A stretch of 64,000 nucleotides of DNA from assembly GCA_963739205.1 (NCBI GenBank), contig CAVTZJ010000005.1, positions 851,819 through 915,818 on the forward strand, in the 5' to 3' direction. The DNA is from an uncultured Pseudomonadota bacterium. GTDB taxonomy: Bacteria; Pseudomonadota; Gammaproteobacteria; Burkholderiales; SG8-39. Shown here one piece after another: positions 24,645-34,002 of the stretch. The notes under the pieces are model-generated. The model did not search any database and was not told where the DNA came from. It saw only the letters and a program-made list of their open reading frames with translations. Positions within the stretch are counted from its first letter, which is position 1. Every line of letters starts with the position of its first letter. A program made the position numbers and the translations under genes.

Positions 24645-25581
24645 GGTCCATGAGTTTTTCGAGGCGTTCCTCGACGAGCTCTTTCGGCTTTTTCCCCTGG
24701 ACCTGCTTGAGCGCTTCGGCGAGCGCTTTCTTGAGCGACGCAGCGGTCGCCTGCGGATCGCGGTGCGCACCGCCCAGCGGCTCGTTGACGATCTTGTCGA
24801 TCAGGCCGAGCGTCTTCAGCCTGCCGGCGGTGATGCCGAGCGCCTCGGCCGCCTCGGGTGCCATTTCGGCGCTGCGCCAGAGGATCGAGGCGCATCCTTC
24901 CGGAGAAATTACCGAGTATGTGGCGTATTGCAGCATCAGCACCACATCGCCAACCGCAATCGCCAGGGCCCCGCCCGAGCCGCCCTCGCCAATTACGCTG
25001 ACGATGACCGGCGTCTTGAGGCCCGCCATGACGTACAGGTTGCGACCGATTGCCTCGGACTGACCTCGTTCCTCGGCGTCGATGCCGGGATAGGCGCCAG
25101 GAGTGTCGACGAAGGTGAACACCGGCAAGCGGAACTTCTCCGCTAGCAACATCAGGCGCAGCGCCTTCCGATAGCCTTCGGGTTTCGGCATGCCGAAATT
25201 GCGCAGGATCTTTTCCTTCGTATCTCGCCCCTTCTGGTGGCCGATCACGACGCACGGTGTGCCATTGAAGCGCGCCAGCCCGCTGACGATCGACGCATCG
25301 TCGGCAAAGCTGCGATCGCCGTGCAGCTCCTCGAAGTGCGTGAACAGCATGCCTACGTAATCCAGCGTATACGGCCGCTGCGGATGCCGCGCGACCTGCG
25401 CCACCTGCCAGGGGCTGAGCTTGGCGTAGATGTCCTTGGTGAGCGCCTGGCTCTTCTTCGTTAGACGGCCGATCTCCTCGGAAATATCGACTGCGGAATC
25501 GTCCTGCACGAAGCGCAGTTCCTCGATGCGCTGCTCGAGCTCGGCGATCGGCTGCTCGAAATCGAGAAAGGTCGTTTTCAT
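24610..25581 (-). CDS. accA: Acetyl-CoA carboxylase carboxyltransferase alpha subunit
   Basis: [23 protein letters not shown] and [10 protein letters not shown]. Confidence 0.97.
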   Translation of the reverse strand: MKTTFLDFEQPIAELEQRIEELRFVQDDSAVDISEEIGRLTKKSQALTKDIYAKLSPWQVAQVARHPQRPYTLDYVGMLFTHFEELHGDRSFADDASIVSGLARFNGTPCVVIGHQKGRDTKEKILRNFGMPKPEGYRKALRLMLLAEKFRLPVFTFVDTPGAYPGIDAEERGQSEAIGRNLYVMAGLKTPVIVSVIGEGGSGGALAIAVGDVVLMLQYATYSVISPEGCASILWRSAEMAPEAAEALGITAGRLKTLGLIDKIVNEPLGGAHRDPQATAASLKKALAEALKQVQGKKPKELVEERLEKLMDHGKFKDLAERS

Positions 25582-25612
25582 CGGTGCGGCATTCTACGCT
25601 CAAGGCGCACGG

Positions 25613-26230
25613 CTAGTATTCCACTGGCACCGGGTCCAGCGAGCGCCACAGGTACCAGGTGGCAACCGAGCGCCAAGGCTGCCAGGCCTGCGCGATACGC
25701 CGGATACCGCCCGCGCTGACCTCGCGTCCGCGGCGGTAGCTCAGGCTGACTGCGCGTCGCAACCCCAGGTCGTCGAGCGGGAGCACGTCGGGGCGCAGCA
25801 GATTGAATATCAGGAACATCTCGGCGGTCCAGCGTCCTATCCCGCGCACCTCCGTCAACTCGGCGATCACCCGCTCGTCGTCCATGTCCTGCCAGCGCGC
25901 GGGGACGATCGCGCCGCAGGAAAAGTGTGCCGCCAGGTCGAGCACGTATTCGACCTTGCGCCGCGAGAGCCCGCACGCGCGCAGCCGCCGCGCTCCCGCA
26001 TCTGCGGCGCCGCGCGGGCTCACCTGCCCGACTGTGGCGAGCACCCTGTCCCACACCGCCTGCGCGGCCTTCACCGAGATTTGCTGTCCGACGATCGAGC
26101 GCGCCAGCGTGGCGAAGGGATCGCCGCGCGCCACGAGGTGCACGCGAGGATGGCGCCGCATGATCTCGCCCACAACGGGGTCGCGGCGCGACAGTTCGCG
26201 CTTGGCCCTGTCCCAGTAGATCGGCTTCAT
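25613..26230 (-). CDS. DNA-3-methyladenine glycosylase (AlkA/HhH-GPD family)
   Basis: SIVGQQIS, HhH motif VRGIGRWTAEM, DDLG and PWRSVATWYLW. Confidence 0.9.
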   Translation of the reverse strand: MKPIYWDRAKRELSRRDPVVGEIMRRHPRVHLVARGDPFATLARSIVGQQISVKAAQAVWDRVLATVGQVSPRGAADAGARRLRACGLSRRKVEYVLDLAAHFSCGAIVPARWQDMDDERVIAELTEVRGIGRWTAEMFLIFNLLRPDVLPLDDLGLRRAVSLSYRRGREVSAGGIRRIAQAWQPWRSVATWYLWRSLDPVPVEY

Positions 26231-27240
26231 GGTTGAGCGAGCGGGAGATTCAGCAAGAGGTTCTGCGGCTTGAGGCGCACGACGTCATGCTCGTCGCATG
26301 ACAGCGCGAGATATACGGGTCGGCCGCGGAGTTCTTTGCGCACGTCCGAAGGTTCCACGAAATCCATGCGCAGCAGCGCGAGTATGCGGCGCATGCGCTC
26401 CGGTCCGACGTCCGCACCGTGCCATAGGTCGTCGAGTATGGAAGTCGACTCCGCGTCGAGCCCGATGTGCCACGACCAGCGACTCTCCTCGATCTCGCGC
26501 AGCGCACGGACATGCACGCGTACGCCACGCAAGTGGCTCACCCAAGCCTCGATGACTGCGCACAGCGCTTCGAGCGCTGGGCGTCCGTAAGCGAGACTGA
26601 TCACCGTGTCGAAGCGCGACTCGCACTCCCAGTACTTGCTCGCATTGGCTCGATCGAGCACGTCCAGCCCTGTGCCTCCTAGCGCGCCGCGTGCCTCGAC
26701 AATCAGCCGGCCAAGGCTGCCGTAGCGTTCGCCTGAGGCATGCCGCTGCACGGTTTCAAGGTCCGCCAGGAGGGGCTGACCGTCGTGCAAAGCGACTCTC
26801 TGTTCGCGAAACAGCAATTCGGCCGCGCGCACGCGCAATGGGTCGTCGCAGCCGTCGAGCACGTTTCTCAAGATGACATGCACCAGCTGTTGTACGAAGA
26901 GCGGCGGCACGTCCACGCCGCCCTCGAACAGGGAAACGTAGCAGGCCTCCACGCTGCCGGCATCGACTAAACGCTGGCGGAAGCGGAGCAGCACGCGGTA
27001 GTTGTGCTCCAGGTCACGATCGGCCAAGGATTCGATTTCTCGGGCAATGACCTCACGCCGCGGATCGTCCATCAGCGCCGCGTGCAACCGGCGCTCGAAT
27101 TCGGAGGATTCTTCGGCGGGGCGGATTTCGGGACGCAGGAAGTACGCGCGCAGGAAATCGTCTGTGATCCCTAGGCGACCCCGAGCGTCCCGCCGCAAGA
27201 GATGAAAGCCGCTGTTGCGCCAGAAATCGGGCACGCGCAT
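26227..27240 (-). CDS. DUF6352-like protein
   Basis: N-terminal DFWRNSGFHLL...TDDFLRAY..RPE and C-terminal KPQNLLLNLP, recalled as DUF6352 hallmarks. Overlaps the alkA-like start by 4 bp. Confidence 0.7.
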   Translation of the reverse strand: MRVPDFWRNSGFHLLRRDARGRLGITDDFLRAYFLRPEIRPAEESSEFERRLHAALMDDPRREVIAREIESLADRDLEHNYRVLLRFRQRLVDAGSVEACYVSLFEGGVDVPPLFVQQLVHVILRNVLDGCDDPLRVRAAELLFREQRVALHDGQPLLADLETVQRHASGERYGSLGRLIVEARGALGGTGLDVLDRANASKYWECESRFDTVISLAYGRPALEALCAVIEAWVSHLRGVRVHVRALREIEESRWSWHIGLDAESTSILDDLWHGADVGPERMRRILALLRMDFVEPSDVRKELRGRPVYLALSCDEHDVVRLKPQNLLLNLPLAQP

Positions 27241-27267
27241 GCCGTCCCGCGCGCTCCCGCGCGCCGC

Positions 27268-27846
27268 CTAGGCGACGGCGGTTACCAGTCTCGAATGCGC
27301 CGACACGTGCTGCCTGAGGAACTCCATCTGGTCGGCGTAGATGCGTCGATTGCTCAGGATCAGGTACTCGGCCTTGTTCGGCACGTAGGGGGCGTACAGC
27401 AACTCCATGCCTGCCTCCTGAGGCAGGCGGTTGCGCTTCTGCCCATTACACTGACGACAGGCTGTCACCACGTTCATCCAGCCGTCGCGTCCGCCGCGCG
27501 ACAAGGGCGTGATGTGGTCGCGGGTCAGACGAAAGAAACTGAACACGCCGCCGCAGTATGCGCACAGGTGGCGGTCGCGCCTGAATAGCTCGCGGTTGTT
27601 GAGCGGCGGGACCTGATCGAATCCGCGCACCGCCAGCGCTTTGCCCTTAACGGCGATGATCGACGCCGCGGTAATGGTCGAGCGTTGGCCGGTCGCACGC
27701 GAGATGCCGCCGTAGAACGTGAACGTCCTCTCGCCCATGGTCCATGCAACCAGGTTCTTTGCGTAATAGAAGCAAGCCTGCTGCCAACTGATCCAGCGGT
27801 GCGGCACACCGTGGCTGTCGAGTGAGAGGATGAGCGGATTGTCCAT
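27268..27846 (-). CDS. HNH endonuclease (McrA-like)
   Basis: RDRHLCAYCG...TRDHITPLSRGG...WMNVVTACRQCN. Confidence 0.9.
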   Translation of the reverse strand: MDNPLILSLDSHGVPHRWISWQQACFYYAKNLVAWTMGERTFTFYGGISRATGQRSTITAASIIAVKGKALAVRGFDQVPPLNNRELFRRDRHLCAYCGGVFSFFRLTRDHITPLSRGGRDGWMNVVTACRQCNGQKRNRLPQEAGMELLYAPYVPNKAEYLILSNRRIYADQMEFLRQHVSAHSRLVTAVA

Positions 27847-27965
27847 GGCAGGAACTTAGTTCGCAACGATTCTGCCAAGCCTTCTTGTGCTTTGCAACGG
27901 CGCGTCAATCCGCGGGCTTAGGCGCGGATTTTCGCACACTGCATGATGTCTTCCGCAGCGCGCGG

Positions 27966-28256
27966 TCAGCGCCGGTCGACTGCGTCCTTGAACCCCTGGC
28001 CCGCCGCGAAGGCAGGAATGGTCTTGGCCGAGATCTTGATTTCCTTGCCGTTTACCGGGCTGCGTCCGGCACGCGCCTTGCGCTTGCGCGGCATGAACGT
28101 GCCGAAGCCGACCACCGTGACACGATTCCCTTTGGCAACGCCCATGACGATCGCCTCGAACACCGCGTTGACCGCTTCGCCCGCTTCGCTGCGGCTGAGA
28201 TTGCCCGCCTTGGCGGCGGCTTGAACGAGGTCGGATTTCGTAATCACGGCTGGCAT
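27966..28256 (-). CDS. HU family DNA-binding protein
   Basis: TKSDLV...GFGTF...RAGRSPVNG...PAFAAGQGFKDAV. Start trimmed to ATG 28256. Confidence 0.92.
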   Translation of the reverse strand: MPAVITKSDLVQAAAKAGNLSRSEAGEAVNAVFEAIVMGVAKGNRVTVVGFGTFMPRKRKARAGRSPVNGKEIKISAKTIPAFAAGQGFKDAVDRR

Positions 28257-28591
28257 ACGTTCTCCATATCTGCCCGATCGCGTGCCGGGCATCTCCCAGT
28301 TCTTCCTCGCTGCGCGCTTGCTCCGCGAGCGAGCACGCATCGTAGCGAATCCGCAACGCGAACACAACGCGCACGCGTGATTTCGCGCACGACGATTGCC
28401 AAACAATAATGAACGCGTCGAACTGCGCAGTGAAGCAAGCACGATCAGCACAGTCCCATTTACGCCTCAGCAGCGCCGCTGATCGTGCGGGGCTGTGCGT
28501 TTGTTTTTTTCCGTGAGCTGACTTGCGACTTGCCAGGCAGGGGCAAAAGTCCTGTTCTTCCGCGTGATCTGGTGTTGCGAGCGCGAAGCGC

Positions 28592-29476
28592 TCAGCGCGC
28601 ACCCGCAAGCAGCTCGACGAACACGCTCGGCTCTTCGGCGCCCCGGCCCTGCGCGAGCAGCAACCGATAGAGCTCCGCAGCCATACGCGCCATCGGCAGC
28701 GGCACGTCTACGCCGCGCGCCACTGCAGCCGCATTCTCCAAGTCCTTCAAGAGCGTATATGCGGTACCGCTCGGATTGGCGAAGTCGCGCCGCGCCATCC
28801 GGGGACCGAACACCTGCAGCGGCAGCGAGTCGGCGAAACCACCCTTCAGGGCCTCCGGGAGCATGCGGGCATCGACCCCCGCCGCCTCGGCGAGCCGCAC
28901 CGCCTCCGCGATTACTGGAAACAGGCAGCCGACGATCACCTGGTTGCAAAGCTTCGTGACCTGGCCGGCGCCGGACTCCCCCATGCGCGTGACGCGCTGC
29001 GCGACCACTTGCAGCACGGGCCGCGCGCGCTCGAGATGCTCCGCCTTGCCGCCCGCCATGACGACAAGCTTCCCCTGCTGCGCCCCGGCCACGCCGCCGG
29101 AGACCGGGGCGTCGATCAAGCCCATCGCGCATTGGCGCTCGAGGCGCGCGGCAAAAGCGCGCGTGGATTCGGGTGCGATGCTGGAGAAGTCGACCACGAG
29201 CTTCCCCGCGCTGCCGCCTTCAGTGACGCCCGACGCCCCGAAGAGCACTTCTTCTGCCGCGTGCTGGTCGGTCACGCACATGAGGATGATGTCCGAAGCG
29301 CGCGCCAGCGCCGCGGGCGATTCCGCCGCGGCCGCACCGCGCTCGAGCAGGGGTGCAAGCTTGTCGCGCGTGCGGTTCCATACCTGCACGCGATAGCCAG
29401 CGTCGAGAAGCCGTACGACCATCGGCGCTCCCATCAGGCCAGTGCCGATGAAACCCACCCTGGGCTTGTCGCTCAT
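28592..29476 (-). CDS. NAD(P)-dependent oxidoreductase, 3-hydroxyisobutyrate/tartronate dehydrogenase family
   Basis: GFIGTGLMG, DAPVSGG and KLCNQ. Confidence 0.9.
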   Translation of the reverse strand: MSDKPRVGFIGTGLMGAPMVVRLLDAGYRVQVWNRTRDKLAPLLERGAAAAESPAALARASDIILMCVTDQHAAEEVLFGASGVTEGGSAGKLVVDFSSIAPESTRAFAARLERQCAMGLIDAPVSGGVAGAQQGKLVVMAGGKAEHLERARPVLQVVAQRVTRMGESGAGQVTKLCNQVIVGCLFPVIAEAVRLAEAAGVDARMLPEALKGGFADSLPLQVFGPRMARRDFANPSGTAYTLLKDLENAAAVARGVDVPLPMARMAAELYRLLLAQGRGAEEPSVFVELLAGAR

Positions 29477-31167
29477 CTGTGTGCCGTCCGTTTCTTTGCC
29501 CCGCGATGGGTTACGGCGCCTGTGAACGCCGAGCCGACCAGCGCCGCATACTTCTCGAGCGCGCCCGAGAGCGGGGCGCGCGAGGGGCCGCGCCACGCCT
29601 TGCGCCGTCGGGCGAGCTCGGCCGCGCTGACTTGAAGGGACAGCTGCCCCTTGCGCGCGTCGATCAGCACACGGTCGCCGTCCTTCACCAGTGCCAGGGG
29701 CCCGCCTACCGCCGCCTCCGGCGACACGTAGCCGATCATCATGCCGCGCGTCGCACCTGAAAAGCGACCGTCGGTGAGCAGCGCGACCTTCTCGCCCATG
29801 CCCTGGCCATAGATCAGCGCGGTCACGCCCAGCATCTCGCGCATGCCCGGCCCTCCCTTCGGCCCCTCGTAGCGGATCACGAGCACGTCGCCTTCGCGGT
29901 AGGTCCGCTTGCGCACGACCTCCGCACAGGCTTCTTCCGAATCGAAAACCCTAGCGGTACCCTCGAAAGCGAGCGCCCTGAGGCCGGCGACTTTGAGCAG
30001 GGCGCCCTCGGGGCTAAGGTTTCCCTTTAGCACGACGATGCCCCCGCTCGCGAGCAGGGGCTCCGTGCGCACCACCCGACCGTCGGCGCCGGGATGATCG
30101 GCCAGTTCGTCTTCGAGCGTGGTGCCGAACAACGTGAGGCTGTCGCCATGCAGGGCGCCGCGCCGCAGCAGCTCTCGCAGCACCGCGTACACACCGCCTG
30201 CCGCATGCAGGTCCTTGGCGAGGAATCGTCCGCCCGGCTTCATGTCGGCGATGAGCGGCGTTCGCTTCGACACGCGCGCGAGGTCGTCGAGGCAGAAACG
30301 GATGCCCGCTTCGTGCGCGATTGCCGGAATGTGCAATCCCGCGTTGGTCGAACCGCCGGTCGCCGCAACGGCGGCGCAGGCATTTTCGAGGCTCTTCTTC
30401 GTCACCAGGTCGCGTGGCAGCGGACCGCCGCGGGCGAGCAGCTGCATGACCACCCTGCCCGCTTCGCGCGCCAGGGCTGGCCGCTCGCCGGCCACCGCGG
30501 GCATGGTCGCCGACCCCGGCAGCGCGAGCCCCAGCGTCTCGGCCACCATCGCCATGGTGTTGGCGGTGAACTGGCCTGGGCATGCGCCTAGCGTCGGCAG
30601 GCAAACGTGCTCGATTTCGTCCAGCTCGGCGTGCGTCATGTCTCCCGCGAGCACCGCGCCCACCGCCTCATAAGCGTCGAGCACCGTGACCTCGCGCCCA
30701 CGCCAGGTGCCCGGCAGCGCCGCGCCCCCGTATACGAATACCGAGGGCAGGTTCAGGCGCGTTATCGCCATCATCATTCCCGGCAGCGTCTTGTCGCAGC
30801 CCGCAAACGTCACCAGCGCGTCATAGGCGTGGCCCCGGGCGACGGCTTCGATGCCGTCGGCGATGATCTCGCGCGACGGCAGCGAGTAGCGCATGCCGGC
30901 GTGGTTCATCGACATCGAATCGGCGACCGAGATCGAGGCAAAATCGAAAGCTGTGCCGCCCGCCTCGCGCACTGCGGCGCAAGCCTCCTGTGCGAACTTG
31001 CCGAGCAGAGCGTTGCAGGGTGTCACGCGGCCGTCCGCCGAGACCACGCCAACGAAGGGTTTGCCGATGTCCGCGTCGGATAGGCCGAGGCCGCGCAGGA
31101 ACGCCCGATGCGGCGCTCGGTCGAGCCCTTCGACCGTGATGCGGGAAGGCAGCTTGCGGACCTTCAT
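29473..31167 (-). CDS. ilvD: Dihydroxy-acid dehydratase (IlvD/Edd family)
   Basis: TPCN, GCDKTLPG, GGSTN, RYEGPKGGPGMREM and TDGRFSG. The substrate could differ from canonical IlvD. Confidence 0.85.
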   Translation of the reverse strand: MKVRKLPSRITVEGLDRAPHRAFLRGLGLSDADIGKPFVGVVSADGRVTPCNALLGKFAQEACAAVREAGGTAFDFASISVADSMSMNHAGMRYSLPSREIIADGIEAVARGHAYDALVTFAGCDKTLPGMMMAITRLNLPSVFVYGGAALPGTWRGREVTVLDAYEAVGAVLAGDMTHAELDEIEHVCLPTLGACPGQFTANTMAMVAETLGLALPGSATMPAVAGERPALAREAGRVVMQLLARGGPLPRDLVTKKSLENACAAVAATGGSTNAGLHIPAIAHEAGIRFCLDDLARVSKRTPLIADMKPGGRFLAKDLHAAGGVYAVLRELLRRGALHGDSLTLFGTTLEDELADHPGADGRVVRTEPLLASGGIVVLKGNLSPEGALLKVAGLRALAFEGTARVFDSEEACAEVVRKRTYREGDVLVIRYEGPKGGPGMREMLGVTALIYGQGMGEKVALLTDGRFSGATRGMMIGYVSPEAAVGGPLALVKDGDRVLIDARKGQLSLQVSAAELARRRKAWRGPSRAPLSGALEKYAALVGSAFTGAVTHRGAKKRTAHR

Positions 31168-31201
31168 GCGCGCAGTGTAGCGCGCGAGCGCCCGCGGCGC
31201 G

Positions 31202-32047
31202 CTAGGCGGGAGCGCCCTGCTTTGCCGCCGCGCTGCGTGCCGCGCGCGTCGCGCGCGCGCCAAACAATCGCATGAGCAAGAGAATCGTCGCCAGCGTCAC
31301 GACGTAGAAGAGCAGTTCGATGCCGGTCGGCCGGTCGTTGTAGCCGACCAGCACGTGCAGCATGCGGCCGGTCATGCTGTCCATGCTCAACAGGCGCGAG
31401 GAGTTCCAAACCTGGTCGATCAGTGTCGGCAGCAGTCCCGCCTGCACTAGGAAGCCCGCTGCGCTCGCGGCGAGCCCGGCGGCCAGCAGAAGCACGATCA
31501 CGCCCGTCACGGTAAAGAAGTGGCGCAGTGGTATGCGCAGCAGGCCGAAGTAGAGCAGCACGCCGATCCCCGTCCCGCCGGCAAGACCCAGCAGGCCACC
31601 GACCGCGAGGCCGGCGCTGCCGCCGCTCGCCACCAGGCCGTAAAGGAACAGCACCGTCTCGGCGCCCTCACGCAGCACGGCGAGCGCGGTGACCGCGAGC
31701 ATCGCCGAAAGCGGCCGAGCGCCTACCTGGACGTCGTGGCCCAGGTGGCGCATCTCTTCCACGTGCTTGCGCGCATGCGAGCTCATCCACACGTTGTGCC
31801 AGGCGAGCATCGCCACCGCGACGAGCAGCACCGCCGCGTTGAACAGCTCCTGGCCGCGGCCTTCGACCGCCTGAGAGATCGCGCCGGCAAACAGCGCCAC
31901 CACGAGCGCGCCGACGATGCCGAGCGCCACGCCCCCCGCGACCCAGCGCCCGCGGTGCGCCACGCCGCGCGTCGCGCCCATGACGATGGCGACGATCAAA
32001 GCCGCTTCGAGCGTTTCGCGGAATACGATGACGGCGGATCCGAGCAT
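31202..32047 (-). CDS. FTR1-family iron permease
   Basis: Two RExxE motifs (FRETLE, LREGAE) and about 7 TM segments. Confidence 0.92.
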   Translation of the reverse strand: MLGSAVIVFRETLEAALIVAIVMGATRGVAHRGRWVAGGVALGIVGALVVALFAGAISQAVEGRGQELFNAAVLLVAVAMLAWHNVWMSSHARKHVEEMRHLGHDVQVGARPLSAMLAVTALAVLREGAETVLFLYGLVASGGSAGLAVGGLLGLAGGTGIGVLLYFGLLRIPLRHFFTVTGVIVLLLAAGLAASAAGFLVQAGLLPTLIDQVWNSSRLLSMDSMTGRMLHVLVGYNDRPTGIELLFYVVTLATILLLMRLFGARATRAARSAAAKQGAPA

Positions 32048-32056
32048 GGCGGGTCG

Positions 32057-32383
32057 CTATTTGGCGTGCAGCTTGCCCTGGGCGGTGGCTTCGTGGAATT
32101 CGCCGAAAAACGGATAGGTGCCGGGCTTCAGCGGGCCGACGCTCACCATTCCCTTGCTACCACCTGGAACGATTTTCTCCACGCGCAATTCGTGGCTCTC
32201 GAACTCCTCCGGCGTGCCATCCTGGTTGTCGATCACCAGCTTGATGCGCTTGCCGGAGGGGACGGTCAGCTCCGCTGGCTGGAAGCGATGTTCCTTGATA
32301 ACAATGGTGTACTCCGGCGTCTGCGCGTGGGCCGCGACAGGCAATGCGAGCGTCAGCAGGAAGGCAAAGCGAACCAGATCCAT
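32057..32383 (-). CDS. Periplasmic cupredoxin-domain protein (FtrB/EfeO-Cup-like)
   Basis: Signal peptide, PEEFES..L..EK and YPFFGEFH; lies upstream of FTR1. Confidence 0.85.
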   Translation of the reverse strand: MDLVRFAFLLTLALPVAAHAQTPEYTIVIKEHRFQPAELTVPSGKRIKLVIDNQDGTPEEFESHELRVEKIVPGGSKGMVSVGPLKPGTYPFFGEFHEATAQGKLHAK

Positions 32384-32422
32384 CGACAAATCAGTGTGAA
32401 GTAATCTTTATGAGAGCGGCAT

Positions 32423-32441
32423 GCGAATGATAATAGTTCTC
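32423..32441. promoter_or_regulatory. Fur box
   Basis: GCGAATGATAATAGTTCTC matches 14/19 of the consensus GATAATGATAATCATTATC, about 40 bp upstream of the iron uptake pair. Confidence 0.75.
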
Positions 32442-32460
32442 ACCTAATCTGGCAAGCCCC

Positions 32461-33393
32461 TCAAAATGTAAGGGTTTCAAGATATTCCAGAAGGATTTCT
32501 TCGAAGTCTGCGTTGTGCGCGAATCCCAGGCTGGCGGCGCGCCGCGAGCGCGTGGCGCGCGGCACCGTATCGATGACCGCTTGCACCACGGGATCAGGTT
32601 CGAAGCGCAGTTTCCCGAGAGCGCGACCGCCGGCATGGCGCTGCACCGCGCGCCACATCTCGTTCGCCGCGACCGGAATCCCGGTGAGCAGCACCGTGCG
32701 GTCCCAGCCGAGTCGCTCGCCGTCGAATTGCGCCCCATGCAGCAGCGCCTCCACAGTGCGCCGCAGTGACAGGCAGGCCATGCGCGTATCCGGGCGCACC
32801 GGACAGGTGTAGTTCCGCCCGGCGAGCGTCTCGCGCACGATGGCGCTCGCCCAGCCCGAAACGGCGGTGTTGGCGCTGCCCGGGCGGACCATCACCGTCG
32901 GTAACCGCAGCGACCTGCCGTCGACATAGCCGCGCCGCGTGTAATCGTTGATCAGCAATTCGCAAACCAGCTTCTGCACGCCGTACGAGATGCGCGGCGC
33001 GGCGGCTATTTCGTCCGTCACCGGGTCGGGCAGCGCGCCGCCGTAAACCGCAATCGACGAGCTGAACACGAAGCGCGGGCGGTGCCCCGCGAGCCGGCAA
33101 GCTTCGAGCAGGTCGCGCGTCGCGTCCAGGTTGACCTTGCTACCGAGCTCGAAGTTCTGCTCGGCGCCTCCCGACACTAGCGACGCGAGATGGAACACGG
33201 TATCGACCGTGCGGTCGATGAGCGCGCGGGCGAACTGCGGATAGGCGATGTTGCCGATGAGCGCCCGTGCCCCGGACGGTTCCATCGGCGACTGGTCAGC
33301 CGCCAGCACTTCGGCGCCCGGCGAGCGATCGAGCAACGCGGTGACCAGAGCGCGGCCGATGAATCCGGCCGCGCCGGTCACCACGACGGTCAT
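32461..33393 (-). CDS. NAD-dependent epimerase/dehydratase (D-erythronate dehydrogenase DenD-like)
   Basis: TGAAGFIG, HLASLVSGGAE, YGVQK and RLPTV. Confidence 0.8.
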   Translation of the reverse strand: MTVVVTGAAGFIGRALVTALLDRSPGAEVLAADQSPMEPSGARALIGNIAYPQFARALIDRTVDTVFHLASLVSGGAEQNFELGSKVNLDATRDLLEACRLAGHRPRFVFSSSIAVYGGALPDPVTDEIAAAPRISYGVQKLVCELLINDYTRRGYVDGRSLRLPTVMVRPGSANTAVSGWASAIVRETLAGRNYTCPVRPDTRMACLSLRRTVEALLHGAQFDGERLGWDRTVLLTGIPVAANEMWRAVQRHAGGRALGKLRFEPDPVVQAVIDTVPRATRSRRAASLGFAHNADFEEILLEYLETLTF

Positions 33394-33992
33394 TTCCGCG
33401 GCTTGCCCAGGTGCTTCCCGAAGTTCTGCAGCAGTTGTAGCGAGCGCTGCGCTTGCGGGTCGCGCAAGACGTGCCACGTCCCGCCCAGGCCGCCGGAGGG
33501 CGCCGGCAGGCGCGAGGTCTCCTCGACCGCAGCCTCGAGGCTGCCGAGCACATGCTCTACGGCGTCCAGCCGTTCCATCAGCCTGGGCAGCGTCACCGCG
33601 ATGCGCTCAAGCGCGCCAGATGCCTGCATCTTCTCCAGCATTTCGACCAGGCGCAGAACGCCACCGCGGCTCAGGCGGTCCATCAGCGAAAGCCCTTCGG
33701 CCACCGTCTCGGCCAACCGCCCGATCATCTCGTCACTTAGCGCGTCCTCCGCCGAGCCATAGACGCGCGCGAGCTGCACGAGCCGCTCCAGGTCGCCGTC
33801 GCGAACCATGCGGGCGATGGAAGGCAGCGCCTTCTCCAGCCCTGAACGGTTGATCTGGTCGAGCAGGCTCAGCCCCTCGCCAACGGCCTCGGTCAGCCTG
33901 CCGACCATCTCGTCGGTCAGCGCATCCCGCGCAGCCTCGACCACGCGCTGCACTTCGAGGTCCGTCGATACTGCCTCGTTAGGGTTGCTCAT
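33390..33992 (-). CDS. DUF1641-like protein with internal duplication
   Basis: Two copies of DALxDEMxGRL...EGLSL and a C-terminal GGLGG.W..LRDP..QRSL; follows the SQR-like gene. Confidence 0.7.
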   Translation of the reverse strand: MSNPNEAVSTDLEVQRVVEAARDALTDEMVGRLTEAVGEGLSLLDQINRSGLEKALPSIARMVRDGDLERLVQLARVYGSAEDALSDEMIGRLAETVAEGLSLMDRLSRGGVLRLVEMLEKMQASGALERIAVTLPRLMERLDAVEHVLGSLEAAVEETSRLPAPSGGLGGTWHVLRDPQAQRSLQLLQNFGKHLGKPRK

Positions 33993-34002
33993 CGTCGCCT
34001 CC

